A DNA stretch of 62,416 nt, counting the filler. It is 6 parts of 6 records of this genome, joined end to end, with 100 filler letters (N's around TTAATTAATTAA, not from the genome) between each part and the next. Parts side by side here need not be neighbours in the genome. Positions count along the whole stretch, not along the records: positions 1 to 7,725 come from SRR2962707_2362; positions 7,826 to 21,469 come from SRR2962707_2363; 4 more parts are not named here. One strand, given 5' to 3'. The notes beneath the pieces were generated by a model that was given only the letters and a program-made list of their open reading frames with translations, did not search any database and was not told the origin of the DNA. The position numbers and the translations under genes were made by a program. Below are positions 1-9,030 of this stretch, piece after piece (within the stretch, counting starts at the first letter, position 1; every line of letters begins with the position of its first letter).

Positions 1-17
1 AATCTTCAAATTGACAT

Positions 18-111
18 CTTTGTCCCTTTGAACCTTTGCTACTTTGAGTCAAAAAGTTAATGAGTTAAAGAAGAGAAGAATATAGAATAAAGAGAAAAGA
101 GTATAGATTTT
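18..111. repeat. Imperfect short tandem repeats: four CTTTGnnn octamers (18-49) and five AGAnnnn heptamers (77-111)
   Basis: CTTTGTCC CTTTGAAC CTTTGCTA CTTTGAGT, then AGAATAT AGAATAA AGAGAAA AGAGTAT AGATTTT, read directly from the sequence. Confidence 0.6.
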
Positions 112-152
112 TGCATTCTTTTGAGAGTTTTTAGTTTGCCCTAAACCGTAAA

Positions 153-2198
153 CTAACTCATTTTAGGAAGTGTAAAAAAGAAGCTGGTTCCTTTATTTAC
201 TGTAGATTCAATCCATAACTTGCCCTTATTCTTCTTAATCATTTCCTTACAAAGATTAAGTCCTAATCCGGTTCCTTTTTCATTATCGGTTCCGTAGGTA
301 GAGTTGAATTGTGTTTTATTGGATAAGATGCTGTCTATTTCTTCTTGAGAGATCCCAACACCACTATCTCTGACTTCTACTTGCCAAAAACTATCATTTT
401 CTGTTGCTAAAACCTCTATAATGCCATTTGTAGGTGTAAATTTAATAGCGTTATTAATAAGGTTTCTAAAGACCATATTTACCTGATCTTCATCCACAAA
501 AACTTTAGCTTCATCAGGTATTTTATTATTAATAGTAATATCTTTTTTATGTGCCAATCCTTTTAATAATGAACTGGAATCTTTTGCAAAAGCCCCCAAT
601 TTACTTTCTACAGGATTGGAAATAGCACCTTTCATCTGTGCTTGTCCCCATACCAATAAATTATTTAATGTAAAAGAGACGCTTTTTACCTGCTCGCTTA
701 GTTTAGGAGCAAATTGCATAAAATCTTTCGGCGATATCTGATTGTCTTTTAATAAATCAATAAGCGAGTTTAGAGAGGCTATAGGAGCCCGTAAATCGTG
801 TGCAATTACAGAAAAGAATTTATTCTTAGTTTCATTGAGACTCTGAAGCTCTTGCTCTCTCTTTTTGAGTTCGTGATTCTTATTTGCCAGTAACCCATTT
901 AATTTTCGCTCTACTTTTCTACTTCTCTGGGTAAAGAAAAGTACGGTTAATAAAATAATTACCCCGCCTGTGGAGAGATACATAAAGAGGCGTTGTTTAT
1001 TATGCTGCTTTTGATTGTCTAATCTCAATTCATTTTCCATAGCAATGAAAGACATTTGAGCTTCATGAGCAGCTATACTCTTTGTGTTTTCATTGTTAAA
1101 AATACTGTCATTGTAACTTTTAAATTGCTCGTAATAAAATAATGCATGCTCAAAATCTAGCTTTCTTTTATAAACTTTATAAAGAGTTTCGGAACACTCT
1201 TTAATATCTTCAAAAGAATTTAATTCTTTAGCAGATTTTAGTCCTTCTTCAGCATAAATTTTTGCAAGATCATATTCTTGCATCCCATTGTAGGTCTTGG
1301 CAATTCCATTTAACAAAGATGTTTTCTCTCTCTTGTCTTCAATTTTTTCGTATAAAGAAAGCGATTGCATAAATATATCTAGTGCTTCTTCGTATTTATT
1401 TATTTCAACATATAATTGTCCTTTTACTTTTAATGCATATGCCAACCAATCTCCAAATCCCAACTCCTTAAAAGTAAGAATAGATTTTTCTATGTTTTCT
1501 ATACCTTTTGTATATTCTTTGGTTTTTAACTGAAAGCTAGCAATATTACTTAACGTTTGTGCACTTGCTAATTCACTATTTGTATGTTTGTTTATTTCTT
1601 GTGCTTTGTATAAAAAATCTAGAGCCTTTTTAAACTCTTGCTGCATTCCATATGTGATGCCTAAATTTTCATATATCAAACCTAAATATAAAAGTTCAGT
1701 TTCTGTTTTTTTAGCCTCATTCTCACCCATGCTTATTCCTTTTAAACTGGCTTCAACAGATTTTTTTATATCTCCGGAGTATTCATAAAATGTGGCTAAA
1801 TTACTGTATGCTATTAGTATATTTTTAAGCTGGTTTAAAGCCATAGCTTTTTCAAGGGCTCGCTCCGCATACTTAATAGCTTCTTTGTAATTTCCGATTT
1901 CACTTTCATAAAATCCTAAATTTATTAAAGATTCAATTTCTCCACTTTTATAATCAATAGCCTCAGATAATTTTAAGCTTTCTTCTGCATAATGTTTTAT
2001 AGTATCATTGCTAATATAATAGTTGCTAAGTACATATCTGTTAAGAAGATTTATGTAGGAGGTGTCTTTTTTTTGCGCTAAAGGAAGTTTCTTTTGTTGC
2101 GCAACTATTTTATATAGACTATCTATATTTTGCTTCTGACAAAAACTGACAGAGCAAATTAATAAACAAAATAATGTTATAAATAGTCGGTAATTCAT
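153..2198 (-). CDS. Tetratricopeptide-repeat sensor histidine kinase (Bacteroidota type)
   Basis: Signal peptide, TPR helices, one TM segment, H-box IAHDLRAP, N-box NLINNAIKF, DSGVG and GTGLGL motifs. Confidence 0.95.
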   Translation of the reverse strand: MNYRLFITLFCLLICSVSFCQKQNIDSLYKIVAQQKKLPLAQKKDTSYINLLNRYVLSNYYISNDTIKHYAEESLKLSEAIDYKSGEIESLINLGFYESEIGNYKEAIKYAERALEKAMALNQLKNILIAYSNLATFYEYSGDIKKSVEASLKGISMGENEAKKTETELLYLGLIYENLGITYGMQQEFKKALDFLYKAQEINKHTNSELASAQTLSNIASFQLKTKEYTKGIENIEKSILTFKELGFGDWLAYALKVKGQLYVEINKYEEALDIFMQSLSLYEKIEDKREKTSLLNGIAKTYNGMQEYDLAKIYAEEGLKSAKELNSFEDIKECSETLYKVYKRKLDFEHALFYYEQFKSYNDSIFNNENTKSIAAHEAQMSFIAMENELRLDNQKQHNKQRLFMYLSTGGVIILLTVLFFTQRSRKVERKLNGLLANKNHELKKREQELQSLNETKNKFFSVIAHDLRAPIASLNSLIDLLKDNQISPKDFMQFAPKLSEQVKSVSFTLNNLLVWGQAQMKGAISNPVESKLGAFAKDSSSLLKGLAHKKDITINNKIPDEAKVFVDEDQVNMVFRNLINNAIKFTPTNGIIEVLATENDSFWQVEVRDSGVGISQEEIDSILSNKTQFNSTYGTDNEKGTGLGLNLCKEMIKKNKGKLWIESTVNKGTSFFFTLPKMS

Positions 2199-2218
2199 TC
2201 GGGGACTTGTATCAACCT

Positions 2219-2226
2219 CAAATTTA
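2219..2226 (-). promoter_or_regulatory. Bacteroidota -7 promoter element (TAnnTTTG) for the histidine kinase gene
   Basis: TAAATTTG on the minus strand, 20 bp upstream of the ATG at 2198. Confidence 0.55.
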
Positions 2227-2546
2227 ATATAAAAAATAATTAGTTTGTATTATTCTGATGTTAAATACAACCTGAAAAAGTAACAAGTTATCTAGAAAGA
2301 TTTATTTTTTCACATATTGAGTATGGTTTATCCTACTTACACTTGTTTTTGTTGTAATTTACTCAGTAGCGGGTATTTAGTATTTTAATCTTAATGAGGG
2401 GCTAATTTCCTAAAAGTCTGTCCTTAGTTTGCCAAAGGACCCTGTGTCGAAATGAGTTAAATTTGTTTGCTTTGAATATTTCCTATGCTCGCCCCGAGTT
2501 AGTAGATTATTTATGTAGAAGCTTTACAGAATTAAAAACATGCTTT

Positions 2547-2571
2547 AAAACCTTACAATTTTGTAGGTTTT
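2547..2571. terminator. Possible intrinsic terminator hairpin
   Basis: AAAACC(T)TACAA-TT-TTGTAGGTTTT imperfect inverted repeat downstream of the sigma/anti-sigma operon. Confidence 0.35.
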
Positions 2572-2761
2572 TTAGGTTTTATAACTTTCATTAGCTAACC
2601 AGAGTTCTTATGCTAGTTTTTGCTAAAGGATGGTTTTGTGTGTTAGTTGTAAAACTTGGATAAGCTTGGTTTGATAACTGAAAAATACCTTTTAGATAGC
2701 CACATTTTCACTTCAAAAGTATAATAATTGTCAAATTAGATTCTCTTTGCTTATTTCATAA

Positions 2762-3379
2762 TTAAACTTCCATTTTTTTGAGTTCGTTATAGTTTCTTTT
2801 TAACCTTCTCATTAAAATTCCATAAAGTAAATAGTAGATTCCTAAGAAAAATCCAATAATAAATACGGTGCTAATAATGGAAACTCCAAAAATTATTAAG
2901 TAATCTTTTATGTCCGCATTGGCAACAAAAGAATTCCATCCTCCTTGCTGCATTACATAAATATAAATAATACAAGCTATCATTAAAACTCCTGCAAAAG
3001 TTAGGTTAAAAATGATATATTGACGAACAGTTCTACGGGCTTTTATAATACTTTCTAATAAGCCTTTAACCGTAGAAGTTGTAGAAACTCTTTTGTAATT
3101 TTTATAAAAACGAAAGATAAAATATAGGGTAACGAGCATAGAGCTATATGTAACATAGTCTATTATTGAAGGCAAAGGAATTCCTTTTTCAAAAGAAGGA
3201 TGATAAAATATACCAACTAGAATACCGAAGCCTAACTCTATTAAACTGATATAGAAAATCCATTTTATAGATGATGAAGATTTCTTCAACATCATGGCAT
3301 ATATAGTTTCATAGGAAAGCTTAGGAAGCTCTTTTTCCTTTTTCTGCCAGTCTTTTTTTAAAAATTCTAATTCGTCCAT
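2762..3379 (-). CDS. Membrane protein, putative anti-sigma factor
   Basis: Four TM helices, N-terminal MDELEFLKKDWQ, start overlaps the ECF sigma stop codon. Confidence 0.75.
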   Translation of the reverse strand: MDELEFLKKDWQKKEKELPKLSYETIYAMMLKKSSSSIKWIFYISLIELGFGILVGIFYHPSFEKGIPLPSIIDYVTYSSMLVTLYFIFRFYKNYKRVSTTSTVKGLLESIIKARRTVRQYIIFNLTFAGVLMIACIIYIYVMQQGGWNSFVANADIKDYLIIFGVSIISTVFIIGFFLGIYYLLYGILMRRLKRNYNELKKMEV

Positions 3380-3873
3380 TAGGGGTTTAAAATATTTTTA
3401 AGTTTTGTTTTAACTCTATTCATCTTCACTCTTGCATTGACTTCAGAAATACCTATGGTGTCTGATATTTCTTTGTAATTTTTATCTTCTAAATACAAAA
3501 ACACTAATGCTTTTTCAATGTCGTTTAATTGCTTAATAGCGTCGTACATTAATTTAAGCTGTTGTTCTTCTGTATCATCATAGGTTGTGGCTTTTACTTT
3601 ATATAATACCGAGTCAAAATCTTGTGTTCGGATTTGCCGTTTTGATTTTCGGTAAAGCGTAATAGCTGTGTTAAGTGCAATTCTGTACATCCATGTGCTA
3701 AACTTAGCATCGCCTCTAAATTTTGGATATGCCTTCCATAACTGTATGGTTATCTCCTGAAATAAATCGTTGTGAGCATCAGTATTATCAGTATAAATCT
3801 TACATATTTTATGTACGATATTCTGATTTTCCTCAAGTTCAATAATAAATTTATGTTCAAGCTCTTTCGTCAC
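3379..3873 (-). CDS. ECF-type RNA polymerase sigma-70 factor
   Basis: Region 2 DLFQEITIQLWKA...FSTWMYRIALN, region 4 YKEISDTIGISEVNARVKMNR; GTG start. Confidence 0.95.
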   Translation of the reverse strand: MTKELEHKFIIELEENQNIVHKICKIYTDNTDAHNDLFQEITIQLWKAYPKFRGDAKFSTWMYRIALNTAITLYRKSKRQIRTQDFDSVLYKVKATTYDDTEEQQLKLMYDAIKQLNDIEKALVFLYLEDKNYKEISDTIGISEVNARVKMNRVKTKLKNILNP

Positions 3874-3897
3874 AAAGGGATTAGTTAGTGTATTATT

Positions 3898-3924
3898 AGT
3901 AGCTAAAGATACTAGTTTGTTACA
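3898..3924 (-). promoter_or_regulatory. Putative ECF autoregulatory promoter TGTAAC-N17-TACT
   Basis: Minus-strand TGTAAC aaactagtatctttagc TACT about 25 bp upstream of the sigma start; AAC is the typical ECF -35 core. Confidence 0.5.
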
Positions 3925-3996
3925 AGTTTATCTTAGAAAGATTAATATTCGCTTTTAAAAAGCGCTAACAGATTCATTTTTCTCAAAGAATAACTT

Positions 3997-4004
3997 TAAA
4001 TTTG
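3997..4004 (+). promoter_or_regulatory. Bacteroidota -7 promoter element upstream of ndh
   Basis: TAAATTTG matches TAnnTTTG. Confidence 0.45.
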
Positions 4005-4111
4005 AGAATCAACTCATTCAACCTTTTTAATTTTCAACTGAAATGTAAGATAATTTCATGCATTTTGTAGGAAATCAAGAAAGTTTGATTGTGTTCTATA
4101 AACAATTGTAT

Positions 4112-5443
4112 ATGAATATACCACAAACTAGCTACCCAAGAGTAGTTATTATTGGCGGAGGTTTTGGAGGTGTTGCTTTAGCAAAAAAACTAGCAAAGCA
4201 GGAAATGCAGGTAGTACTTCTAGACAAACATAATTACCATACGTTTCAACCTTTATTATATCAAGTCTCTACTGGCGGTTTAGAGCCAGATTCTATAGCG
4301 TATCCAATTCGGAAGATTCTTTCTAAATACCCTAATTTTTATTTCCGATTGGCAAATGTTGAAACTGTAGACGCAGCAGAAAATACAATTCATACCGATA
4401 TTGGTCCGCTTAAATATAATTATTTGGTATTGGCAACGGGTTCTTCTACAAATTTCTTCGGAAATAAAGAGATTGAAGCCAATAGTATGATTATGAAAAC
4501 AGTTCCTGAAGCATTAAATCTAAGAAGTTTAATTCTTGAAAATTTTGAAGAGGCTTTACTTACAGATAGCATAGACCGACAAGATGCTTTAATGAATTTT
4601 GTTATAGTGGGCGCTGGTCCTACGGGAGTTGAACTAGCAGGGGCTTTAGCCGAAATAAAAAGAGGAATTCTGCCAAAAGATTATCCAGACCTCGACACGA
4701 GAAGGGCGCAGATTAATATTGTTCAATCTGGCGATATGATTCTAAAAGGAATGAGTAGTCAAGCTTCTAAAAAAGCTGAAGATTATTTAGAAGAATTAGG
4801 AGTTAATATTTGGAAAAATACACGCGTTACTGGATATGATGGAGACCTTGTAACAACAAATACCGATTTAAATTTTAATACCGCAACCCTTATATGGGCA
4901 GCTGGTGTTAAAGGGGAAACTGTTAAAGGAATAGATGCTAAAGATTGTATAACATTTAGCAATCGGTTTAAAGTAAATAATTTTAATAAAGTGGAAGGGT
5001 ACGATACTATTTTTGCTATTGGAGATGTGGCATGTATGACTTCTGAAGCCTACCCGCATGGACACCCTATGGTAGCACAAGTAGCAATTCAGCAAGGAAA
5101 ACATCTAGGAGAGAATCTAGTAAATTTTATAGAAGCAAATAAATCTATGAAGCCTTTTACCTACAAAGATAAAGGAACCATGGCAACTGTTGGTAGGAAT
5201 AAAGCAGTGGTAGACATGCCAAAATATAAGTTCCAAGGAATGTTTGCTTGGTTTGTTTGGATGTTTGTTCATTTATTTTTTCTGATAGGTTTTAGAAATA
5301 GAGTAGTAGTTTTTACAAATTGGGTGTATAATTACATCCGTTTTGATAGAGAAGCTCGTTTAATTATTAGACCTTACAAAAAACAACGTGCAGCATTGTT
5401 GCGTGAGCTAGACAATAAACCTAAGGATATAGAAATGTCATAA
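4112..5443 (+). CDS. ndh: Type II NADH dehydrogenase (NAD(P)/FAD-dependent oxidoreductase)
   Basis: GGGFGG and GAGPTGVELAG Rossmann motifs, FQPLLYQV, AQVAIQQG; likely start is the ATG at 4112. Confidence 0.93.
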   Translation: MNIPQTSYPRVVIIGGGFGGVALAKKLAKQEMQVVLLDKHNYHTFQPLLYQVSTGGLEPDSIAYPIRKILSKYPNFYFRLANVETVDAAENTIHTDIGPLKYNYLVLATGSSTNFFGNKEIEANSMIMKTVPEALNLRSLILENFEEALLTDSIDRQDALMNFVIVGAGPTGVELAGALAEIKRGILPKDYPDLDTRRAQINIVQSGDMILKGMSSQASKKAEDYLEELGVNIWKNTRVTGYDGDLVTTNTDLNFNTATLIWAAGVKGETVKGIDAKDCITFSNRFKVNNFNKVEGYDTIFAIGDVACMTSEAYPHGHPMVAQVAIQQGKHLGENLVNFIEANKSMKPFTYKDKGTMATVGRNKAVVDMPKYKFQGMFAWFVWMFVHLFFLIGFRNRVVVFTNWVYNYIRFDREARLIIRPYKKQRAALLRELDNKPKDIEMS

Positions 5444-5483
5444 ATTATAAGTGGCTGTCTAAAAAATAATTTGTAGAAGTCAA

Positions 5484-5635
5484 AACTAAGCTTATAAAAT
5501 TAGTCTTGACAAAGGAGTCTATCAAACAAAGCTTGTCGAAGGAACTTGTCAAATAGAGCCTGTCAAATTAAGCTTGTAAAACTTGTCGAACTGAACTTGT
5601 CAAAGAAGTCTGTCAAACTGAGCTTGTCGAAGTTT
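5484..5635. repeat. Degenerate tandem array of 11 units (mostly 13-14 bp), consensus about AACTGAGCTTGTCR, ending in TGTCAAACTGAGCTTGTCGAAGTTT
   Basis: Units read directly, e.g. AACAAAGCTTGTCG, AAGGAACTTGTCA, AATAGAGCCTGTCA, AACTGAACTTGTCA, AACTGAGCTTGTCG; lies between convergent ndh and AKR. Confidence 0.85.
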
Positions 5636-6581
5636 ATTCATCATAGATATTTTTATAAGGACCGCCAGGAACTTCAAAAAACTTAGCATCTACATAACGG
5701 TAACCTTTATCTAAAGATTTAATTTTTAAAAGGTCTTCATCGGTTAAAGAAACATTATAGCTTTCTAAATTTTCTTTTATTCTTTTTGGGTTAGTCGATT
5801 TAGGAATCACAGCTGTTCCACAACTAAGATGCCATGCTAATAATACTTGTGCAGGAGAGCAATTATGTTTTTTAGCTATTTCTGTAATAACTTTATTTTC
5901 CAACAAGCTAGGTTCGTCTTCCTTTTTCATGTCTTGAGATCGGTCTCCAGAGCCTAACGGAGAATAACCAGTTAAGATAATGGAATTAGTATCACAAAAC
6001 TCTAAAAGCTCTTTTTGTTGTAATAAAGGGTGTAATTCTACTTGGTTTACTTCTGGGGGATGAGTAGCATCTACTAAAAGATCTTTTAATTTTTTTAAGC
6101 TGAAATTTGAAACTCCAATACTTTTTACAATCCCTTTGTTGTAGGCTTCTTCCATCTTTTTCCAAGTATTTATTATAGGAGCTTCTTCAGGACTTAAAAA
6201 CTCATCTGCTTTGCTAGCAAAACCAACATCAGCTTTAAAAGCAACTGGCCAATGTATAAGGTATAAGTCGAGATACTTTAACTGTAAATCGGCCAAGGTT
6301 TTTTGTAATGCAGGAAGGACTTTATCACTTTCATGTGCATTATTCCATAGTTTAGAGGTAATCCATAGATCTTCTCTTTCAACCAAGCCTTGGGCAAATG
6401 CAGTTTTAAGTGCCTCCCCAACTTCTGCTTCATTTCCATAAACTGCAGCACAATCTATATGGCGATAACCAGCTTTAATAGCTTCTATAACAGCATTGCC
6501 TACTTTTCCAGGTTCCGACTTCCATGTTCCAAGTCCGATAGCAGGAAGATTAAGGTCATTTTTTAATGTGTAAAATTTCAT
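5634..6581 (-). CDS. Aldo/keto reductase
   Basis: IGLGTW, HIDCAAVYGNE, TSKLW, DLYLIHWP, IGVSNF, IPKS motifs. Confidence 0.96.
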   Translation of the reverse strand: MKFYTLKNDLNLPAIGLGTWKSEPGKVGNAVIEAIKAGYRHIDCAAVYGNEAEVGEALKTAFAQGLVEREDLWITSKLWNNAHESDKVLPALQKTLADLQLKYLDLYLIHWPVAFKADVGFASKADEFLSPEEAPIINTWKKMEEAYNKGIVKSIGVSNFSLKKLKDLLVDATHPPEVNQVELHPLLQQKELLEFCDTNSIILTGYSPLGSGDRSQDMKKEDEPSLLENKVITEIAKKHNCSPAQVLLAWHLSCGTAVIPKSTNPKRIKENLESYNVSLTDEDLLKIKSLDKGYRYVDAKFFEVPGGPYKNIYDE

Positions 6582-6752
6582 GGCTTATTTTTTAGTTTTT
6601 TATATACTAACTACTTCTAATCCCTTATTAAAGCTTAAATTTTCTATGCGTACCTAAGTTTATCAAAGGGCTTTGGGTTGAGATAAACTCCATTTGTTTC
6701 AAACAACACATAAAGTTCTCAATAATATTACAGAATTTACAATAACAAAAAG

Positions 6753-7655
6753 TTAAAAATCGTTTCTCGGATGGTGTTTTTTAATAGTCTTAGCAAGGTC
6801 ATTCCTGTCCAAATGCATATATACTTCTGTAGTTGTTATACTTTCATGACCTAGCATTTGTTGAATAGCACGTAAATCGGCACCACCTTGTAAGAGATGG
6901 GTGGCAAAAGAATGCCGGAAGGTATGCGGACTAATATTTTTTTTAATTCCTGCTTTTTCAGTAGCCTTTTTAATAACAGTAAATACCATAGCTCGTGTAA
7001 GATTTTTGCCTCTTCTATTGAGGAAAACAAAATCTTCATAATTTTTTTGAACATTTACATGAGGCCTAATTTCAGAAATGTAAATAGTAATATATTTACT
7101 GGTTGAAGGAGCTACAGGTACAAAACGTTGCTTATCTCCTTTTCCGCTTACTTTTATAAAACCTTCTTCAAAAAACAAATCAGAAATTTTGAGATTTACA
7201 AGTTCAGAAACTCGAAGTCCGCAACTATAAAGCGTTTCAAGCATGGTCCGATTTCGTTCGCCTTCTGGAGTGCTTAAATCCAAGGTTGCAATAATTTGAT
7301 CTATTTCTTCAATTGCTAACGTGTCTGGAAGTTTACGACCAGTTTTTGGAGATTCTATCAGTTCCATTGGGTTGTCTGGTCTGTAATCTTCAAAAATTAA
7401 ATAATTAAAAAAGCTTTTTAATCCAGATATGAGTCGTGCTTGAGAACGTGGATTTATTGTCTTAGCCGTTTGATAAATAAAATCTTGTAGTGTTTGTGAA
7501 GAAATTTTAATAGGAGAAACTTCAATTTGGTGAAGCTCTAAATAGCGAATTAATTTTTTAATATCTAAACAATAGTTCTCTACAGAATTTTTGGAGAGCC
7601 CTCTTTCTATCCTTAAATAATTTTGATAATCTATAAGTGAATGACTCCATTTCAT
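6753..7655 (-). CDS. xerD: Site-specific tyrosine recombinase XerD
   Basis: GLRVSEL, GKGDKQRFVP, HTFRHSFATHLL, LGHESITTTEVY. Confidence 0.9.
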   Translation of the reverse strand: MKWSHSLIDYQNYLRIERGLSKNSVENYCLDIKKLIRYLELHQIEVSPIKISSQTLQDFIYQTAKTINPRSQARLISGLKSFFNYLIFEDYRPDNPMELIESPKTGRKLPDTLAIEEIDQIIATLDLSTPEGERNRTMLETLYSCGLRVSELVNLKISDLFFEEGFIKVSGKGDKQRFVPVAPSTSKYITIYISEIRPHVNVQKNYEDFVFLNRRGKNLTRAMVFTVIKKATEKAGIKKNISPHTFRHSFATHLLQGGADLRAIQQMLGHESITTTEVYMHLDRNDLAKTIKKHHPRNDF

Positions 7656-7725
7656 ACTGTGAAATTAATAATAAATAATTCATATTTAATAATTCAAAAC
7701 ATTAATGTCCGAGTAAAAATACAAG

Positions 7726-7825
7726 NNNNNNNNNNNNNNNNNNNNNNNNNNNNNNNNNNNNNNNNNNNNTTAATTAATTAANNNNNNNNNNNNNNNNNNN
7801 NNNNNNNNNNNNNNNNNNNNNNNNN
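7726..7825. other. Artificial contig spacer
   Basis: N44-TTAATTAATTAA-N44 (stops in all six frames); GC content jumps across it. Confidence 0.99.
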
Positions 7826-7826
7826 C

Positions 7827-7979
7827 GGCCGTGGCGCGGTTGTCGAACTGGACCGTTCCGTGGGCGAGGATATTGAGCTTCATGCCAACAACCAGCTCAT
7901 CGCCAAGGGAGAGGTCATCGTCGTCGAAGACCGGCTTGGCGTTACCGTCAACGATGTGATCAAAAGCCCCTCCGGTTAA
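7827..7979 (+). CDS. fliN: FliN/SpoA-family flagellar motor switch protein, C-terminal fragment (5' end cut by contig edge)
   Basis: Manual translation GRGAVVELDRSVGEDIELHANNQLIAKGEVIVVEDRLGVTVNDVIKSPSG*; not in the ORF track. Confidence 0.85.
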   Translation, partial: GRGAVVELDRSVGEDIELHANNQLIAKGEVIVVEDRLGVTVNDVIKSPSG

Positions 7980-8014
7980 GACCGGGGCCGTCACGTTTTT
8001 TAACGAGGCCAGCC

Positions 8015-8218
8015 ATGACGCTTAGCGCAGAAGTCTACAAAACAGCGACTTTGATGATTCAGGAATACGGTGAATTCGCCCCGGCCGGCGCATTCATCAA
8101 GGCCGACCAGCTGCGCGATGCAGGCGATGCCGCAGGCCGGGAAATCTGGCTGAAAATAGCGCGCGCCGCCGAAGAACTGCTCTCTGATGAGCGCCCCCAG
8201 AACTGTGTGATGCATTAA
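8015..8218 (+). CDS. Small helical hypothetical protein
   Basis: GAGG RBS; 67 aa with a pattern (A..MI..YG..A...A...AD.L...GD..G..IW..I..A) I recognise from small alphaproteobacterial proteins. Confidence 0.7.
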   Translation: MTLSAEVYKTATLMIQEYGEFAPAGAFIKADQLRDAGDAAGREIWLKIARAAEELLSDERPQNCVMH

Positions 8219-8276
8219 GCGGGACCGTTAGCGGGTAAACCGCAAGTCCGCCGACGCCACGCAATTACCGGTCATC

Positions 8277-8942
8277 TCAGGTTTTGCGCATCTCGTACGC
8301 TGCGAGAAACACGTCGACGGCGGCCGCCGTGCGTTCCTTGATGTCCTTGCCACTGACACCTTCCTCGACCCCGAACAGAGCCCGCAACTGGCAGTGGCCC
8401 ATGGTCATGCCGAAGAACTGTTCCGCTGCGAGTTCCGGTTCGCGGACATCCAGCACCCCTGCCCCGGTTTGCCGGCGCAGATAATCCGCCAGCAGCTTGA
8501 CGGCCTGTTGCGGTCCGTTGACGTAAACCGTTTCGCCCAGGCCGGGATGACGCGGCACTTCCGTCAAGATGGCGCGGTGCAGTTCGACGCACTCTGACGC
8601 CATGACCATTTGCAGGAATTCCTCTCCGAGGTGTGTCAATACATCGCGCGGCGTTCTGGCGTTACCCTTCTCCCCGTCCGCAACGACTTCCTCGGCAAGT
8701 TGGCTCAGCAATTCGCGGATGCGCTTATGCACAACAGCGCTGAACAATTCGGATTTACCCGCATAGTGGTGATATAGTGTCTGTTTCGAGACGCCCGCCG
8801 TCTGCGCTATGGCATGCATGCTGCCGTCAGCAAACCCGACAGTAAAAAAAACCTTCTCTGCGGCGACCAGGATCTGGTCGTCCTTATCGTGCCATCGGGA
8901 TTGGCGTGTGGTCTCTTCCCCTGCGTTATCGGTCTGAGACAA
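8277..8942 (-). CDS. TetR/AcrR family transcriptional regulator
   Basis: HTH SMHAIAQTAGVSKQTLYHHYAGKSELF; divergent from the RND operon. Confidence 0.95.
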   Translation of the reverse strand: MSQTDNAGEETTRQSRWHDKDDQILVAAEKVFFTVGFADGSMHAIAQTAGVSKQTLYHHYAGKSELFSAVVHKRIRELLSQLAEEVVADGEKGNARTPRDVLTHLGEEFLQMVMASECVELHRAILTEVPRHPGLGETVYVNGPQQAVKLLADYLRRQTGAGVLDVREPELAAEQFFGMTMGHCQLRALFGVEEGVSGKDIKERTAAAVDVFLAAYEMRKT

Positions 8943-8966
8943 AATTTCCTCAATTCATAAAACTAG

Positions 8967-8986
8967 ACTAGACTGTACAGTTTAGT
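8967..8986. promoter_or_regulatory. Palindromic operator, probable TetR binding site
   Basis: ACTAGACTGT|ACAGTTTAGT, a 20-bp inverted repeat with one mismatched pair between divergent tetR and the efflux operon. Confidence 0.7.
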
Positions 8987-9030
8987 TTTGATAATTGTGC
9001 ACTGCAATCAGAATTTACCGGAAGGCATAT

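Noticed and set aside
2227..2761. Long intergenic region with small hairpins (e.g. GTCCTT...AAGGAC) as a possible ncRNA
   Set aside because: No recognisable RNA family, and the hairpins are too short to support a call.
5484..5635. Possible CRISPR array
   Set aside because: Units are 9-14 bp and abut each other with no unique spacers, and no cas genes are present.
6753..7655. Tyrosine recombinase as the integrase of a mobile element
   Set aside because: Size and motifs fit housekeeping XerD, and no att site or cargo is nearby.
7770..7781. TTAATTAATTAA palindrome inside N runs, repeated five times in the window
   Set aside because: Artificial six-frame-stop linker between contigs. Gene neighbourhoods across these spacers are meaningless.
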